A stretch of DNA of 64,000 nucleotides from Takakia lepidozioides (lineage: Eukaryota > Plantae > Bryophyta): NCBI GenBank assembly GCA_030704615.1, contig CM060732.1, positions 23,126,001 to 23,190,000 on the forward strand. The letters run 5' to 3'. Both the position numbers and the translations under genes were made by a program. Below the pieces are notes generated by a model that made no database searches, was not told where the DNA came from, and saw only the letters and a list, made by a program, of their open reading frames with translations. Of the stretch, positions 61,530 through 64,000 are shown piece after piece (the stretch's first letter is position 1; every line of letters starts with the position of its first letter).

Positions 61530-63185
61530 TTAAGCGACTGCTAATACTACGGTCCGTATTTTTATTTTTTATGAAAAACAAGCGACCGCCACTACTGCGG
61601 TCGCCTTTATTTCCTTTCATTTTGTGCAATATTGCGGCCACTTCTATTTTGTATATTTTTAAATTTAAGCGACCGCAAGATAGCGGTCGCTATTTGTTTT
61701 TTTAATTCGAAAAATAAAGCGACCGCCAGTGCGACCGCCAATCTTGCTTTTATTAAAAACAAATTTGAAGCGACCGCCAATATGGCGGTCGCTATTTCTT
61801 TTTCTATTTCGAAAAATAAAAGCGACCGCCAGTGCGACCGCCAATCTTGCTTTAAAAAAAAAGCAATTGAAGCGACCGCCAATAGGCGGTCGCTATTTCT
61901 TTTTTAATTTCAAAAGGCAAAGCGACCGCCATAATTGGCGGTCGTGTTCATTTTGTTAATTTTCAAAAATATATTTGTCACCGTGCGACCGCCAATACGG
62001 CAGTCGCTTGTTTTTTTTAAAAATTAGGCGACCGCCAATACGACCGCCAATCTTGTTTTTCTAAAACAATAAATTGAAGCGACCGCCAGCATAGCGGTCG
62101 CTATTTATTTTTTAAATTCAAAAAATAAGGCGACCGCCAGTGCGACCGCCAATCTTGCTTTTATAAAAAAAACATTTGAAGCGACCGCCAATATGGCGGT
62201 CGCTATTTCTTTTTCTATTTCAAAAAATAAGGCGACCGCCAATGCGACCGCCAATCTTGCTTTAAAAAAAATAAAATTGAAGCGACCGCCAATACGGCGG
62301 TCGCTATTTATTTTTTAATTTCGAAAAACAAAGCGATCGCCATAATTGGTGGTCGCGTTCATTTTGTTAATTTTCAAAAATGTATTTGCCACCGTGCGAC
62401 CGCCAATACGGCAGTTGCTTGTTTTCTTTTTTAAATTAGGCGACCGCCAATACGACCGCAATCTTGTTTTTTAAAAACAATAAATTGAAGCAACCGCCAG
62501 CATAGCAGTCGCTATTTATTTTTTAAATTCGAAAAATAAGGCGACCGCCAGTGCGACCACCAATCTTGCTTTAAAAAAAAAAACATTTGAAGCGACCGCC
62601 AATATGGCGGTCGCTATTTCTTTTTCTATTTGGAAAAATAAGGCGACCGCCAGTGCAACCGCCAATCTTGCTTTTAAAAAAAAAAATTGAAGCGACCGCC
62701 AATACGGCGGTCGCTATTTCTTTTTTAATTTCGAAAACAAAGCGACCGCCATAATTGGCGATCGCGTTCATTTTGTTAATTTTCAAAAATGTATTTGTCA
62801 CCGTGCGACCGCTAAAACGGAAGTCGCTTGTTTTCTTTTTTAAATTAGGCGACCGCCAATACGACCGCCAATACGACCGCCAATCTTGTTTTTTTAAAAC
62901 AATAAATTGAAGTGACCGCCAGCATAGCGGTCGCTATTTGTTTTTTTAATTCGAAAAATAAGGCGACCGCCAGTGCGACCGCCAATCTTGACTTAAAAAA
63001 AAAAACATTTGAAGCGACCGCCAATATGGCGGTCGCTATTTCTTTTTCTATTTCGAGAAATAAGGCGACCGTCAGTGCGACCGCCAATCTTGCTTTAAAA
63101 AAAATAAAAATTGAAGCGACCGCCAATACGGCGGTCGCTATTTCTTTTTTAATTTCAAAAAACAAAGCGAATTGGCGGTCGTGTT
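61530..63185. repeat. Second GCGACCGCCA palindrome and half-site array with a ~410-bp higher-order repeat
   Basis: Dozens of GCGACCGCCA motifs; the anchor tatttg(t/c)cacc recurs at ~61975, 62385, 62795 and 63210. Confidence 0.95.
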
Positions 63186-64000
63186 TATTTTGTTAATTTT
63201 TTCAAAATGTATTTGCCACCACCACCGTGTCGGCGACGTGGCTGCTTAAGTGGCAGTATTTTACCTGGTATTATTTTTACCAGAATATTCCCTGAACCTG
63301 ACGTGACGGAAGTCCTGTCAGCGTCAGGTCTGACGTGACCTAACGTTGACTGACGGACGTGACGCTGAAAACCGGGGCGCCACCGCACTCATTATAGGGA
63401 GTAGTAACCCCGAGAACGGTGCAAGCCCGTTGTTGACCAAAAACTAGTGAGTAAGCGAGCGAGAATCAGAACCTTCCTTGGAAGACACAAGAGGTGAAGG
63501 TGGCCTAAATCGTACACCTCGTCTCGTGTATCTACTAGTATCACTAGTGCTCGAACCGGCACTCTCCCCAGCAACTAGTGGGACCTCCGTGTTGACAAAC
63601 TGACACTCAACCGGTCATGAACATGTCCCTAACCCCCTTTCCACAAGGTAACCGGGTAGAGAACCTGTTGCGGCTTATGGTTTGGAATACTAGGTTCCTA
63701 ACATAGCCTGCACTTGCACCTCCATCCACCACAAGCACTCCTATGGTTGGCTGGTCATCAGCTCCAACCTCACCACTGGAGAAACAATGATGGTCTGTCT
63801 GGTCATCACCCCAGCCTCACCATCGACAGCACGTTCTAGGACTGGCCAGTGAACAAATCCGGACCAATCACCTATAAAAGCAAGTGCCCACACAAAACTA
63901 ACATGGCGCACAGTCAAGCATGCAGGTGTGGAGGGGATCCAAACACAAGAAAATCAGAACGACAACTCCCCCACACCAAAAACAACTCCACGGTGTTGCT

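Larger units (their letters stand above)
50572..63377 (-). mobile_element. ~12.8-kb element with hAT-like transposase, RING-H2 gene and repeat arrays; ends CCC...GGG
   Basis: Bounded by MULE-derived sequence on both sides (ctcaaG|CCCACC and CCGGGG|CGCCACCGCACTCATT). TGAC(G/A)TGAC motifs occur near both ends. No TIR or TSD found; the right boundary rests on a 16-bp match. Confidence 0.6.

Noticed and set aside
61499-63196. ORFs with repeating ATA/AVA peptides
   Set aside because: These are artefacts of translating the palindromic repeat array on both strands.
63394-64000. Possible further TE at the window end
   Set aside because: No diagnostic motif or terminus is visible within the window.

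Overview
This is eukaryotic land-plant nuclear DNA, probably from a non-seed plant (inferred from captured PLS-type PPR fragments and the transposon families). Bases 158-6412 hold the last 16 exons of a FORGETTER1/strawberry-notch gene. The remaining ~57 kb is nested, mostly decayed transposable elements: an L1-type LINE with a 5' inversion, two Ty3/gypsy elements (one with a dUTPase-like domain and a tRNA-Ala primer site), an internally deleted Ty1/copia, a gene-capturing CACTA, hAT and Mutator-type non-autonomous elements, and a PIF/Harbinger remnant. Two large multigene DNA elements stand out. (1) Two copies of a Mutator-like element encode a GCM/WRKY-like zinc finger + DDE + SWIM transposase and an orphan gene. 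Copy 1 also has a ParB/Sulfiredoxin-like (DGNHR) gene directly beside an array of nine conserved 20-bp palindromes, a parB-parS-like layout and the best candidate for an undescribed system. (2) A ~12.8-kb element carries a hAT-like transposase, a RING-H2 gene and dense palindrome arrays but lacks hAT TIRs and a TSD; it sits exactly at the breakpoint of a 2.6-kb inversion. All calls were made by eye with no database search, and coordinates of degenerate features are approximate.
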